From: Nitrosarchaeum sp.
GTDB taxonomy: Archaea > Thermoproteota > Nitrososphaeria > Nitrososphaerales > Nitrosopumilaceae
Direction: 5' to 3'
NCBI GenBank assembly: GCA_965223865.1
Contig: OZ245020.1
Location: 1,472,001 to 1,536,000 of the forward strand
DNA: 64,000 bases
The notes under the pieces were generated by a model, which saw only the letters and a list, made by a program, of their open reading frames with translations, did not search any database and was not told where the DNA came from. The translations under genes were made by a program, and so were the position numbers. Shown piece by piece: positions 30,956-42,116 of the stretch; position 1 is the stretch's first letter, and each line of letters opens with the position of its first letter.

Positions 30956-32257
30956 ATGAGCAAGAGTCTAAAATACTTAGCATTACTGGCTCTAGTACCA
31001 TTGCTTACGGCAGGTTTGTCATCAAACTACATTATTGATGCAGATGCAGCTAAAAGTCAAGGTTCTAATGCCCCAGGAAGACTAGGTGGAGATTCATATG
31101 GTTCTAAAAACAGTAGCATTGTTTGTGGAGATGTTTTATGTAAAGACTATCCAGGAGGCAAAGCAGGATGGGATGAAGATCGAGGCAAATCACAAATTAC
31201 TATAACACCTCAATCTACAGCTACTGATACTCCCAAACCTTCTATGACAACTGAGGGTTCTGAAACTTCTGATCTTACAGAAAAAGATCTAGGTTCAGTA
31301 CTTAGATTATCAAGAGCAAATGTTCCAGCTGAGATTCCAATGCATACAGGATTCTACGATGGAGGTAAAGTTCACTAGATCATTACTGACTCTAGTGATC
31401 CAACGCATGCTGAAATAATTACAGAGAATCAAGGTTGGAAAGTAGAACTAGCTCCTCTTTTGGTCCAAACACCATCTGAAGCACTATCTAAAACATACAT
31501 GTTTACAAATGGTGTTAGTGGGGATGGCGTACATGGCTTCCAAGGAGAAGTTTTTACTAGTACTCCTGCACAACCAGAAATTTACAGTGCATTAACTTCT
31601 CACGTACATGTTACATGAAATGATGAAAGCCAATCAAGAGTACTTGATTCAGAAGCTAAAATCCTAGATGCAGCTGATAGTGGTGAAGTCTCACTTGCAG
31701 AGGTTCCAGTAGTATTGAATATGCCTCAAATTGTTTGGCCTGATGGTCAGATGATGGTCAAAGAAGACAAAACTTTAACTGATGAAACACCATATGGTGG
31801 CGGTCAAGTTCTAGATATCGATACTGAAAACAATACTGTAACATTCATAGCTCATCGTGGGTGGGGTCCAGATGGTAGAACTATCTACTATATTGTAACT
31901 GATGCAACCCCTAGTGGTCCAGCAGGAATGATGGGAGTAACTAGTGCACCTACATCAGCCAGTTTGATTGTAAATGCAGCAGCAGTAGATTTGTTTCAAT
32001 TCAAAAATGGTCTGAAAGGTTCTGGTCCTCTGGGATTCCAAGCAGGTATTGCAGCTGGAGCACCGGGTGATGCAAACTATTCACCAATGTGGAGAATCTT
32101 CATGATAGGCTGGGATGATCCTTCTAGTGCTCAATTGCTAGAAACCATCGATGACATAAATGCATACAAAGAAGCAGGTTTGATCGACATCGGTATTGCC
32201 AGACCAATGAATAGCGATCATATAGTAAACTGCCCATTCATCGACCCATTCCAATAG
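30956..32257 (+). pseudogene. exported two-repeat (DUF7482-like) protein interrupted by two in-frame stops
   Basis: Single frame throughout; TAG 31376-31378 and TGA 31616-31618 align with Tyr and Trp of the second internal repeat. Confidence 0.85.
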
Positions 32258-32363
32258 AATCACAAATTCTTTTTTCTATTTTTCAATACAATTAACATTT
32301 GTTAGTTTTTTTTAAAAAATTAAAACAAAATTAAAGGGAATTTGTAGATTCCTTTATCTTTCT

Positions 32364-32759
32364 TTGATAGAATATGATGTCATGAGTATGGCTGGATTGT
32401 ATATGCTAAATACCGATGCATATACTGAAGAGAAGATAAAGCAAGCACTAGAAATGTTGTTGATAGATAGAAGAAATCAGTTCAGAGAATTAGCAGCTGT
32501 AATACTTCCAAATCCAAAGGCCTTAACTACTATGCCTCATTGGGAGGAATTTGTTTTGAATTTTTGTCTAGATGTTGAAGAATCATTTAAGACATGGTCT
32601 GGAAAATCTTCATTGCAAAAGAGTTCGCCCCAAAAAGCTTTGACCATTTTAAGACTACTTTCACGAGATAAGACTTCGATGAATCAATTGAGTCACTTTT
32701 TGAATATCGCATACAATCTATCAACAGAATTCAAAGAAATCTATCGAAGACTGAAATAA
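32364..32759 (+). CDS. hypothetical protein
   Basis: Helical ORF, about 120-131 aa depending on start. Confidence 0.8.
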   Translation: MIEYDVMSMAGLYMLNTDAYTEEKIKQALEMLLIDRRNQFRELAAVILPNPKALTTMPHWEEFVLNFCLDVEESFKTWSGKSSLQKSSPQKALTILRLLSRDKTSMNQLSHFLNIAYNLSTEFKEIYRRLK

Positions 32760-32908
32760 CAGTCTTTAGAGATTTTAGTTTTTTTAACAGTTATAGAAAA
32801 ATTCCTATCAAGAATTTGATAGCACTACAAAAGACAAATTGAAATCGAAAAAATATCAGATATAAGGTTTTACGATCCTAACTTAATAATAACAAGAAAA
32901 AAATTTTT

Positions 32909-33172
32909 TTGGAAAATAAAATGGCAGACGAAGAGAAACCAAAGACCCTAAAAGAAGAAGTCTTAGACAAAATTGCAGCACTAGTTACTGCTGCTTTTGG
33001 TCTAGTTGCAGCCCTAGCTTGGAATGATGCAATCAAGACTATTTTTAGAGAAGTATTTGGTGAAGAGTCAACTATTGGTCCTATGCTGCTTTATGCAATC
33101 ATAGTTACAATCATAGCTGTGATTCTAACGATCATAGTTGCAAGAGCTGTGGCAAACGCAAAAAACAAATAA
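32909..33172 (+). CDS. DUF5654-like membrane protein
   Basis: LVTAAFGLVAALAWNDAIK...YAIIVTIIAV. Confidence 0.85.
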   Translation: MENKMADEEKPKTLKEEVLDKIAALVTAAFGLVAALAWNDAIKTIFREVFGEESTIGPMLLYAIIVTIIAVILTIIVARAVANAKNK

Positions 33173-33192
33173 TAAATTTTTTATTTTTTTTA

Positions 33193-33378
33193 TTACTTGA
33201 AAAATATTGCAGGTTTGTCATATGCAAACAACAATAATGAGCCCGTTAAAATTACAAATGCTGCCATGAAATAAATCACTACATGTAATATGCCAATTTT
33301 TTTGCTAAAATAGTATCCAACATACACTATGATTATTCCAAAAATAACAATTATTATCCCAAGCGTAATGTTTTCCAT
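33193..33378 (-). CDS. small two-TM protein
   Basis: Hydrophobic 61-aa ORF. Confidence 0.6.
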   Translation of the reverse strand: MENITLGIIIVIFGIIIVYVGYYFSKKIGILHVVIYFMAAFVILTGSLLLFAYDKPAIFFK

Positions 33379-33684
33379 ATTATTTTTTGTTTTCTCCTTG
33401 AACCAAATTCAAAATTAACAATTTCAAAAGGAATACAAATCATATAATTGTACTAACCGGAAATACTAAGACAAAAGTGTCGGGTACTTAAGAAAATTTT
33501 CAACTAATTTCATAAATTAAAAAATTACATTTTAGCATTTTTTTGTCAAAATAATGTCTGTAATTGAGAGAAAGGACATTGTCTTTTTAATACAATATTT
33601 CCACTGATTATTAATAAAAAAAATACCCAAAAATAATAATTTAGAATTGGAAAAGATGATAACCAGAGAAAAGAAACAGAGATT

Positions 33685-34299
33685 ATGAGTGGTATTGGAT
33701 TTGTTGATTTAGAAATATTGTTTTTAGGGGTTAAAGGAAATGGAAATTTTGATGAGAATGACATCGAAGATTCAGATTTGAAGAGATTAGGAGTGGGAAG
33801 AATTTTGGATGCTTTGGCATCATTAAAAGATAGAAAATTAATTGACTTGAATAATGATGGGTCTTTTTCAATAACAAAGTTGGCAAGGCATACTTTATGG
33901 GATGAAAAAATTCCGTTATGGGTAAGGATTTTGAGAATACTAGAGGTAAAATCATTTAGTATTGAAGAAGTTTCAAATTTTTTAAAAGAAGATGAAAAGG
34001 GAATTTATGATGAGATTGAGAAGCTAAGAAAAAATCAGCTTATTCTAATGTCCCCGCAAAGAATAGAATCAAAGATAATCAAGATTTATGAAATTCTCCC
34101 AGAAGGATTAGAAAAATTAAGAGATGTTGAAAAAGAGGGATTTGAAGAACATAATTTAGAAACCCCAAAACCCGAAGTTGAAGTTCTCTCGTTAGTTAAT
34201 CAGGTCATAAAAGAGATTAATGATTCTGAAATAGCATCAGAAAAAAAAGATGCAATTACCTCTAAATTAACAAAAATAAAAGAAAAATTAGAAATTTAG
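33685..34299 (+). CDS. hypothetical protein with tandem winged-helix-like domains
   Basis: L..LKDRKLI..DGSFSIT and IEKLRK.QLI...YEILPEG patterns. Confidence 0.75.
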   Translation: MSGIGFVDLEILFLGVKGNGNFDENDIEDSDLKRLGVGRILDALASLKDRKLIDLNNDGSFSITKLARHTLWDEKIPLWVRILRILEVKSFSIEEVSNFLKEDEKGIYDEIEKLRKNQLILMSPQRIESKIIKIYEILPEGLEKLRDVEKEGFEEHNLETPKPEVEVLSLVNQVIKEINDSEIASEKKDAITSKLTKIKEKLEI

Positions 34300-36024
34300 T
34301 TACTTTGAGCGAATTTTGTCATGTATCTGAGCTAGAATCAATTCTGCTTTGTTTTTGTTCTCATAAGTGTCGGAGGTCTCATCCATAATAGTATCAATTT
34401 CATAACTTTTGTCAACTAGAACATTAGCAACATGATCATCAAGCGTACCATTACCTATCAAATAATATGCAAATACAGTATTCATTTGACCAATTCTATG
34501 TAGTCTATCTTCAGCTTGTCTATGAATAGCAGGGCTCCAATCTAATTCTGCAAAAATCACATACTTTGCACGAGTTAAATTAATTCCAACATTTCCTGCA
34601 CGCAGACCTGCAATCATTAGTTTGGATTCACCTCTTTGGAATTTGTCAATTTGATCTTGGCGTAGTTTATCGGTTTGACCTCCAATAATAGATACGGGGG
34701 AAAATTCTGAGAGGCTCTCGTGAAGTAATTTGTGAATGACTTTGTGATGACAAAACACAACTACACTCTCCTCGATTTCCATAATGTTTTTTACAAAATT
34801 GATTACATGCGGAAGTTTGGCAATGCCTGCAATCTGTCTTTCGCTTTGAATTGCTCTCTGGTATGAAGCAGATTTATCAAATGCAGATTCTGCATCTTTT
34901 TGTTCTTCTTCTAATTTTGCCCATATTTTTTCTAGTTCTTCAAAATAATAATCAGTGTCAGAATCAATAACTTCTTTATACCGAACCTTATCTTTTAGCT
35001 CTTTTAGAACATCCGATTTTTTACGTCTTAGCATTACATGCTTTTGTAATTCATTACGAAGAGATGCTCTCTTGTTTTCAAGAACTATGGCCTTTCCTTT
35101 TTCATTTACATAACAGAAATACTCACAAAATTCCTTAAAGCTGCCTAATAGTCCGGGTTTAAGAATATCAACAATAGGCCAAATTTCAGAACCACGATTA
35201 TAAATTGGAGTACCAGATAATCCTATTCTGTAGATAGTAGATGAAAGGGCAGCTAGCTTTTTTACTGCTTTATATTTTTGAGTGGTTTTTGATCGTAAAT
35301 TATGTACTTCATCACAGACTATAGTTTTGATGTTTAATTTTGATAAATCATTCATACGTTTGTAAAGTAATTCATAATTGATTATGTAAAAATCTGTTTT
35401 TGGTAATTCGTCAGATTTTCCTGTTCGAATAATAGTAGAGGTAGGCGATTCAGATTCTAATATACGTCCATTTCTACTTTTTTTCTTTACAAATTTTGAG
35501 ATTTCTCTTTCCCAATTGTTCAGAGTTACTAGTGGAGCAACTACAAGTACAGGAAAGGTTTGTTTTTCTGTTGCGACATATGATAATGTTTGGACTGTTT
35601 TTCCAAGACCCATTTCATCGGCAAGTAAAGCATTACCAGAAGATTTTAACAGAAAATCTAATCCCTCTTTTTGAAAATTAAGTAATTTTCCTCTAAACTG
35701 CGTTCCAGGTTTTGCTTTTTTTAATTTATGTTTGACTGGAGGCAAAGCGGGTTTTGGAGCAAATGTTTTTACAATTTTTCTCTGCCAAGCAGTTTTTGAT
35801 AATATTTCAAGAGGATATCTATCCATAATCAATTTTATCTGCTTTACACTTTCAGAACTATCAGGAATAATTACTTCATTGATGTTTTCTCCATACCATG
35901 CTTCAGGCACTAGCCTGGAAATCATACTAACGGCTCTCTCTCCGGTAACTTTCCAGCTCCAAATTTTTGAATATTTATCTAGAACATATTCAAGTGTCCC
36001 AAAGTTTTCTATGGTTGCTTCCAT
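34300..36024 (-). CDS. SNF2-family (HARP-like) helicase/translocase
   Basis: LLADEMGLGKT, DEVH, LSGTPI.N, GINLT, QAEDRLHRIGQ. Confidence 0.93.
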   Translation of the reverse strand: MEATIENFGTLEYVLDKYSKIWSWKVTGERAVSMISRLVPEAWYGENINEVIIPDSSESVKQIKLIMDRYPLEILSKTAWQRKIVKTFAPKPALPPVKHKLKKAKPGTQFRGKLLNFQKEGLDFLLKSSGNALLADEMGLGKTVQTLSYVATEKQTFPVLVVAPLVTLNNWEREISKFVKKKSRNGRILESESPTSTIIRTGKSDELPKTDFYIINYELLYKRMNDLSKLNIKTIVCDEVHNLRSKTTQKYKAVKKLAALSSTIYRIGLSGTPIYNRGSEIWPIVDILKPGLLGSFKEFCEYFCYVNEKGKAIVLENKRASLRNELQKHVMLRRKKSDVLKELKDKVRYKEVIDSDTDYYFEELEKIWAKLEEEQKDAESAFDKSASYQRAIQSERQIAGIAKLPHVINFVKNIMEIEESVVVFCHHKVIHKLLHESLSEFSPVSIIGGQTDKLRQDQIDKFQRGESKLMIAGLRAGNVGINLTRAKYVIFAELDWSPAIHRQAEDRLHRIGQMNTVFAYYLIGNGTLDDHVANVLVDKSYEIDTIMDETSDTYENKNKAELILAQIHDKIRSK

Positions 36025-36365
36025 AATTTGTCGATTGGACGTTTTTTTGACTTATGAATCTTCATGTTTTAATCGATCATTGGAGATGATCAGTAAAAAG
36101 GACAATAGTTAAAATAGAACAATATTACTACGACTTTGCTGAAATTTTCAGTTCTCCATATTAGAAAATTAGATGTTTAATGAGGTTTGTCTACTGGATG
36201 AGGCTCTGTATTTTCATCATGACAATCACAACTGCAAAGATGAGTAGAATGATTATTTAAGCAATCAATGCATTCATAATGCTTTCTTGTTTCACACGCA
36301 CCGCAAATCATATCCTGTATGTAATTTGTAATAGAAAGATTTGAATTTTTTCTATGTTATTATTC

Positions 36366-37025
36366 CTAATACTCTACTTCACTTCTCTGAAGAAGGCTTC
36401 CAGTAAGATCCACATATCCTTGGGGATCTAGTTCTTTGGCGAAATTTTTGTCAATATTGATTAGATAAATTGAATGCAGATGAGCATTTAAAATGTCATC
36501 ACATTCTATGGGGGGGTTTTTGTAATATCTATCACAAAGAGTCTTTACTTTTTTGACCTCAGATTCTTTTCTGGCATTTGGAGGCAGAAGGAAAATTTTT
36601 GGAATTGGAATAAGACCTATTACAGGTGTTGCCAATGAAAATTTTGTGCAGAACTGACTATATCTGGCAATTTTACTCATGATTCTTGCAGTATAGTAGT
36701 CAATTGTATCCATTGCATGATCAGGAGGAGTAAACCCTGTTTCAATTTCAATAATGGTGTTTCCGCCACCTTTCTTTGCAAATATATCACAAACTAAAAT
36801 ATCAGATACTTGTTTTTCCACCTCTACGGCATATCCACGAGCAATAAGATTTGAGGCACATATCAATTCCAAAACAGAATGATTAATTTTTACCAGATTT
36901 TTTTGATACATTTCAATTAGTTGATGTCTCACATAATTTAGTTTAGGCAAATTGTTTTCAGATAAATTTTCTGATAACCTATCAGTGACCTCATATACAT
37001 CGTTGCGGAATTTTTCTAAATCCAT
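36366..37025 (-). CDS. hypothetical protein, PD-(D/E)xK-like fold
   Basis: VEVE...CDIFAKK....IIEIETG. Confidence 0.75.
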   Translation of the reverse strand: MDLEKFRNDVYEVTDRLSENLSENNLPKLNYVRHQLIEMYQKNLVKINHSVLELICASNLIARGYAVEVEKQVSDILVCDIFAKKGGGNTIIEIETGFTPPDHAMDTIDYYTARIMSKIARYSQFCTKFSLATPVIGLIPIPKIFLLPPNARKESEVKKVKTLCDRYYKNPPIECDDILNAHLHSIYLINIDKNFAKELDPQGYVDLTGSLLQRSEVEY

Positions 37026-37382
37026 GTATTCATGGTAATTTATCCTAGGGGTTTAAGAACTTGAATGGGTTTTAGAACTTGACAAAATATCTGAAAACAA
37101 CTAATTTACTAAATTACAGAGATGAATAATTTATCAATTCTATGCGTATCTTATAACCAAAAATACAATAATTACAGTATACAAATAGACATATCATTAT
37201 CTTATCCATCATATAGAGAGAAAATGTATTCAGTAAGTTATGAAATGACACTCAATTTTGAAGTTGACAAGTGTGCAAAGAATGTAATTTTAAAAGAAAT
37301 ACTGAAGGTTTAAAATCTCTCTGTTTTGCATGGCAGTATTTTTCAAAACAATTTTTAATCCAGAAAAAGTTCAAAAATTGAG

Positions 37383-37718
37383 TTGAAGATATACCACAAG
37401 CCTACATGTATAACCTGTAAAAAAACAATAACCGAATTTGAAAGAATGAATGCAGATATTGAGAAAAGAGACTTTTTCAAAGACCCATTTTCAGAAGCAG
37501 AACTAAAAAAGATCATAAAAATGACAGGAAAAAAGCCATCTGAAATTCTCAGAAAAAGAGACAAAATGTACAAAGAATTAGACTTAGAGAATAACAAAAA
37601 AACAGACATTCAGTTAATCAAGTTAATGGTAAAGCACCCAGGGTTAATCTTGCGGCCCATTGTAATTACAAAAGAAAAGGCATACATTGGTAAAATTGAC
37701 GCCAAGAATCTAAAGTGA
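37383..37718 (+). CDS. ArsC/Spx family protein
   Basis: IYHKPTCITCKK; HPGLILRPIV. Confidence 0.88.
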   Translation: MKIYHKPTCITCKKTITEFERMNADIEKRDFFKDPFSEAELKKIIKMTGKKPSEILRKRDKMYKELDLENNKKTDIQLIKLMVKHPGLILRPIVITKEKAYIGKIDAKNLK

Positions 37719-37841
37719 AGCAAACTAGATGGCAATTAACAGAAAAAATATCATACTATACATGAATAGTGGTCATCATCTAAAATTTGTAAAAGCATTA
37801 AATGAATTGTTTAAAGAACCAAAGCAAAAAAAATTCTAGAG

Positions 37842-38087
37842 TCACATATCAATTTCTTGTCTGAATATTCTAACTGCTTCTAGGTGAGAGCAGTTTGCTT
37901 TTAGTCCTTTACCATGGTGAAATTTATAGAAATTTTTGAATCCAGGACACTCACATGTATCAGATGTTACAAAGTATGACTTTTCAGGATCAGAAGAGGA
38001 CTTTATCTGATACAAATCCTCATCAATTTGGACAACTCCGCCACTCTCAACTAATTTTTTTGCTTTTTTGATTGTGTTTGTACTCAT
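37842..38087 (-). CDS. SWIM zinc-finger protein
   Basis: Y.V...CECP...CSH. Confidence 0.8.
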   Translation of the reverse strand: MSTNTIKKAKKLVESGGVVQIDEDLYQIKSSSDPEKSYFVTSDTCECPGFKNFYKFHHGKGLKANCSHLEAVRIFRQEIDM

Positions 38088-38100
38088 TATATCATCAAAG

Positions 38101-38388
38101 TTATTTTTTATTCTTTAATTTTTTTACAACATTTGCCCATTCACCATCTTGGGCCATGGCATTCTCATATAGTAACTCAAATGTCCACGCAATAATCTCA
38201 CTCCAAATTGCCTTGAGGGATTCATCATCGGTCCATAAAACGCTCGTTTTAATAGCATTCATTGCCATAATGTTGTTTGCGTTTTTTGTAGGGTTTTTAC
38301 TCCATTTCTGCAATACTCTGTCACAGAACTCTAAAATCTCAGATTTTGTTAAAACAAGTTTGTCAGGATCAAAGGTCTTTTTTGCCAT
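38101..38388 (-). CDS. hypothetical protein
   Basis: 95-aa ORF co-oriented with the SWIM gene. Confidence 0.75.
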   Translation of the reverse strand: MAKKTFDPDKLVLTKSEILEFCDRVLQKWSKNPTKNANNIMAMNAIKTSVLWTDDESLKAIWSEIIAWTFELLYENAMAQDGEWANVVKKLKNKK

Positions 38389-38533
38389 GAATTGTTTAAA
38401 GCAGAATTACAATATATTTAATTCCAAACCTCTTATTTTCAAAACCTTGTTTATTAAGATAAATGAATCCAAGTTTACCCCATAATATCTAATTTAAGAC
38501 ATAGTTGTAATTATTATAAACTAAATAGTTCAG

Positions 38534-39595
38534 GTGCAATTATTGACTCTAAAGCGATATGTTGCAACTAGACTTGTAACTATGTTTGGAGTTTTAATGG
38601 TGACATTACTCTTAACAATTTCTCTTGTAGGATCAAATATGGATACAATTCTAAAGCAAGGAATTGTTTTTCAGGTACGTTCTGAAATTACAGAAAATCC
38701 TGCAATTGCAGAAAGTTTTTCTACAGTTGAGGAATTTGAAGCATTCATTCAAAGTCAAATAGATCAAAGGATCAAAATTCTTGGTTTAGATGAACCATGG
38801 TACTCTCCTCAAAGAATTGGCTTGACAATGTACAAAATATTGCTTTTAGATTTTGGACATGCGACATTTCTAACAAGTGATTCAGGATCTTCAGATGTCA
38901 AAGAAATAATTTTAGAAAAGCTGCCACGAACAATTTTACTTTTTACAACTGCAACAATAATTATTTCAATAATCGGTATTTTTCTAGGAGCTTTGTCCGG
39001 AAGTAGAGTAGGCTCATTTGTGGATAGAATAACTTCAAGTTTTGCAATTGTCAGCTCTAGTTTTCCTGTTTGGTGGATTGGAATGCTTATGATCTTTTTG
39101 TTTGCATTTGTCTATCAGATATTTCCAGCAAGAGCAACTCCCTCAATTACACCATCAGAACCAGGATATGTTCTAGCGTTATTGTATCACATGGCATTAC
39201 CCTTGATTACAATTGTAATGATAGGATTTGGTTCATGGGCATACTTGGTTCGAAACTTTATGGTAGGAATAATGCAAGAAGACTTTATCATCGCAAAAAA
39301 AACTATGGGAATTAGCCAAAAGAGAGTATTATACACACATGCATTGAAAAATGCAGCTCCTCCAATTATTACCATTTTAGCACTTAGTCTATCAGGCTCT
39401 TTAGGCGGAGCAATAATTACTGAAGCAGTTTTTGACTGGCCTGGTATGGGGAGGCTCTATTTTGAGGCCATAACAGTAATGGATCTTCCAGTAATCATTG
39501 GAGCCACATATGTTTTGACGGTGTTTTTCTTAGTCAGTATCTTCATTGCAGACTTGCTTTATGGCTATTTTGACCCACGTGTGAGGACACAATAA
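38534..39595 (+). CDS. dppB: peptide/nickel ABC transporter permease (DppB/OppB)
   Basis: LPRTILL, P.WW.GM, HALKNA, ITEAVFDWPGMG, DPRVR. Confidence 0.88.
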   Translation: MQLLTLKRYVATRLVTMFGVLMVTLLLTISLVGSNMDTILKQGIVFQVRSEITENPAIAESFSTVEEFEAFIQSQIDQRIKILGLDEPWYSPQRIGLTMYKILLLDFGHATFLTSDSGSSDVKEIILEKLPRTILLFTTATIIISIIGIFLGALSGSRVGSFVDRITSSFAIVSSSFPVWWIGMLMIFLFAFVYQIFPARATPSITPSEPGYVLALLYHMALPLITIVMIGFGSWAYLVRNFMVGIMQEDFIIAKKTMGISQKRVLYTHALKNAAPPIITILALSLSGSLGGAIITEAVFDWPGMGRLYFEAITVMDLPVIIGATYVLTVFFLVSIFIADLLYGYFDPRVRTQ

Positions 39596-40962
39596 TGAGC
39601 AGTATTACACCTACTGAAATCAAACAAGAATTTCTAAAAAGCAAGATAGGAGTTGCAGGAATTGTTATTTTGACAATTTTAGCAATCACATCAATTATAA
39701 CAATAACTGCCATTCCATCTGAAACCCTCAGAGAATGGAACAATCCAAGTAGTTGGATCTCATATCCAAAAGTAGCAATTCCCGTTTGGGTAAATTATTT
39801 CACTAGTGAAAAAATACCAGAACATAAGATTTTAGATTTGCCAAACACAGATCAACAAAGAGTGGGCGAAATAGACCTAATTTCACATCAATTTGGAATA
39901 AATTTTGATTATGACGATTTTCCTAGTGATTTTATTTATGAATTTTCAACAAAATATTCGGATTCTCCACTATTACAAATATCAGTTATCCGACCAGATG
40001 AACAAAAATTGAATTTATTATCAACATCATTGCCAAATTCAGATTCAAAACAAATTCATCATGAGAGAATTTTTTCAACAGATAAAACAATCAAGAAAGG
40101 TCTTTTACTACAATCAGATAAATTTAATTTTTCTTTAGACAAACTATCAGCTGAAGATATTATTTTTTCAAAAACAACAAATCATGAACCACTAAAAGGT
40201 AACTACATTTTTTTGGTTACTTTGTATGGCGTAAATTCAGAAAATGAGATTTTAGAATCAAGAATCATCTTAGGAGGAAAGGCATTTGGAGTAATGGGAA
40301 CTGATGAGTTAAGGCGTGATCTTGCTGTTGGATTGCTTTGGGGAACGCCTTTGGCACTTTTCATAGGACTAGTAGTAGCTATAGCCTCTGTAATTATGGG
40401 ATTGTTGTATGGAGTGTATGCGGGATATCGAGGTAAAAAAACTGACGAAATCATGATGAGATTCAATGATGTAATTTATGCCCTTCCAGCACTTCCATTT
40501 CTCATTATTCTTTCAGTTACCATTAGCAATAGCATATTTTTGATGGTAGGTTTTTTGATGGTTTTTGGTTGGGTAGGGATTGCAAAAGTATCTCGGAGTA
40601 TGGCATTACAAATTAAGACTAGAGGATATGTCGAAGCATCAAAAATGATGGGTCAAAAAAATTCAAAAATAATTCTGAGGCACATATTACCACAATTATT
40701 ACCATATGCTTTTGCAAGTATTGCAATTTCCGTTCCTGCAGCAATTACAACTGAAGCTGGGCTTAGCTTTCTAGGTCTAGGTGATCCTTTGTTTCCAACA
40801 TGGGGTCAACTGCTACATGACGCAAATACTTATGGTGCTGCAGCAAGAGGATTATGGTGGTGGATAATGCCTCCAGGCGTAATGATTGCGATTACTGGAT
40901 TAGCATTTGTGTTTATCGGAAATGCACTTGATGCCATAGTCAATCCAAAATTAAAGAGATGA
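39595..40962 (+). CDS. dppC: peptide/nickel ABC transporter permease (DppC/OppC)
   Basis: MGTDELRRD, YVEAS..MG....IILRHILP, EAGLSFLGLG, TWG, NPK. Confidence 0.88.
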   Translation: MSSITPTEIKQEFLKSKIGVAGIVILTILAITSIITITAIPSETLREWNNPSSWISYPKVAIPVWVNYFTSEKIPEHKILDLPNTDQQRVGEIDLISHQFGINFDYDDFPSDFIYEFSTKYSDSPLLQISVIRPDEQKLNLLSTSLPNSDSKQIHHERIFSTDKTIKKGLLLQSDKFNFSLDKLSAEDIIFSKTTNHEPLKGNYIFLVTLYGVNSENEILESRIILGGKAFGVMGTDELRRDLAVGLLWGTPLALFIGLVVAIASVIMGLLYGVYAGYRGKKTDEIMMRFNDVIYALPALPFLIILSVTISNSIFLMVGFLMVFGWVGIAKVSRSMALQIKTRGYVEASKMMGQKNSKIILRHILPQLLPYAFASIAISVPAAITTEAGLSFLGLGDPLFPTWGQLLHDANTYGAAARGLWWWIMPPGVMIAITGLAFVFIGNALDAIVNPKLKR

Positions 40963-41277
40963 TTAATTTGAAAAATCATATTTTTTTATTAGTTCTAGAG
41001 TAGCATCATTAAGCTTGATTGTATAAACTGCTGCATTTGGATTCTTTATTTCAGCCAAGGCTTCGGCAAATTTTGTTTTTTCATGTTCAGTCTCCCCTGC
41101 CTCATGGGCACATAATGTGAATGCCTTTAGATTTAGGTTATTTTGAAGTAAATATGAAATGAATTTTTGATAGGCCTCAGTGCTTGTCCAATCAAAGTTA
41201 TTGGCATTACAGGTTGCTATCCACACATCAACAGAATTATGAAAAATTACTTTTTTGCGTAATTCCTCTAAGGACAT
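40963..41277 (-). CDS. hypothetical protein
   Basis: 104-aa ORF. Confidence 0.8.
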   Translation of the reverse strand: MSLEELRKKVIFHNSVDVWIATCNANNFDWTSTEAYQKFISYLLQNNLNLKAFTLCAHEAGETEHEKTKFAEALAEIKNPNAAVYTIKLNDATLELIKKYDFSN

Positions 41278-41288
41278 GTCAAATCAGT

Positions 41289-41612
41289 TTAGAAATCAGC
41301 ACGTTGCATTTTAGAACCACATCTAGGACATGATCCACCTTTATGCTTGTGATTACAAACCAAGCAAACATAACGTACTGCTCCTCCGCCACCACCAGAA
41401 TTCATTCCAAAAAAGCCTCCGCCGGTTCCAGTTCCAGAACCACCATAACCTCGCATGCGACTCATGTAACGTCTTCTTAGTAGCAAAGGAAACGCAATAA
41501 AAATTGCTAATGCAGCCCCTAGCCCATAGGGAAATGGCAGTACCATTTGAAGACCTATACTAATTCCTAATGATGCAAATAAGAAAATGAGATAAGTTTT
41601 GTAATTAAACAA
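41289..41612 (-). CDS. membrane protein with Gly linker and Zn ribbon
   Basis: Two TMs; YVCLVC...CPRCGS. Confidence 0.85.
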   Translation of the reverse strand: MFNYKTYLIFLFASLGISIGLQMVLPFPYGLGAALAIFIAFPLLLRRRYMSRMRGYGGSGTGTGGGFFGMNSGGGGGAVRYVCLVCNHKHKGGSCPRCGSKMQRADF

Positions 41613-41696
41613 TTCATTTAAGATACCTTGAAAATCCTTATAAAGTTTTGTCAGTATTTTGACTGTTTTCCAAAGATTATAGAGATTTTTTAAAAA

Positions 41697-42110
41697 TCAC
41701 ACAATTGAAAGGTTTACGGAATTTGCGTTACTATCCCATGCAAAGATGTCATTTTCAGAATAGGGAGACTTTACAATAAGGGATACCAATCCAAAAAAAT
41801 TATGAAGATCAGTCACCGAAGGTTTTTCAGAACCACTAGGATGAGAATGGACAATTCCAACATAGCTGAGATCAAATGGCAAAAAAGAATGAGGAAACCC
41901 AGCGAAAGTAGGGCCAGTATAATTAAAGGGTGGAATTACCAACCCATTTACCATAATATGGCCATGTTTTGATTTTCCTTTTAAAATAAGTATTCCTTCG
42001 TTTGGGTGCTTCATTTGACAATAAGACAAAATGCTATCTAAAACATCCCGTTTAAGTGAGACTTTTCTTTCAATTTTTTTCTTTTTAAATAACATGTAGA
42101 GATTTTGCAT
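41697..42110 (-). CDS. JAB/MPN+ (JAMM) metalloprotease
   Basis: HPNEG and VHSHPSGSEKPSVTDL. Confidence 0.9.
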   Translation of the reverse strand: MQNLYMLFKKKKIERKVSLKRDVLDSILSYCQMKHPNEGILILKGKSKHGHIMVNGLVIPPFNYTGPTFAGFPHSFLPFDLSYVGIVHSHPSGSEKPSVTDLHNFFGLVSLIVKSPYSENDIFAWDSNANSVNLSIV

Positions 42111-42116
42111 ACAGTG

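Noticed and set aside
31376-31618. Genome-wide stop-codon reassignment (Pyl, Sec or code 4) to explain in-frame TAG/TGA
   Set aside because: TAG and TGA end many ordinary genes here (e.g. 2880, 24786); no pyl or sel genes seen; both stops are one substitution from the expected Tyr and Trp codons.
34300-37025. SNF2 helicase plus PD-(D/E)xK-like gene as a defence operon
   Set aside because: Separated by ~340 bp, with no methylase or other defence partner nearby; both look like ordinary lineage-conserved genes.
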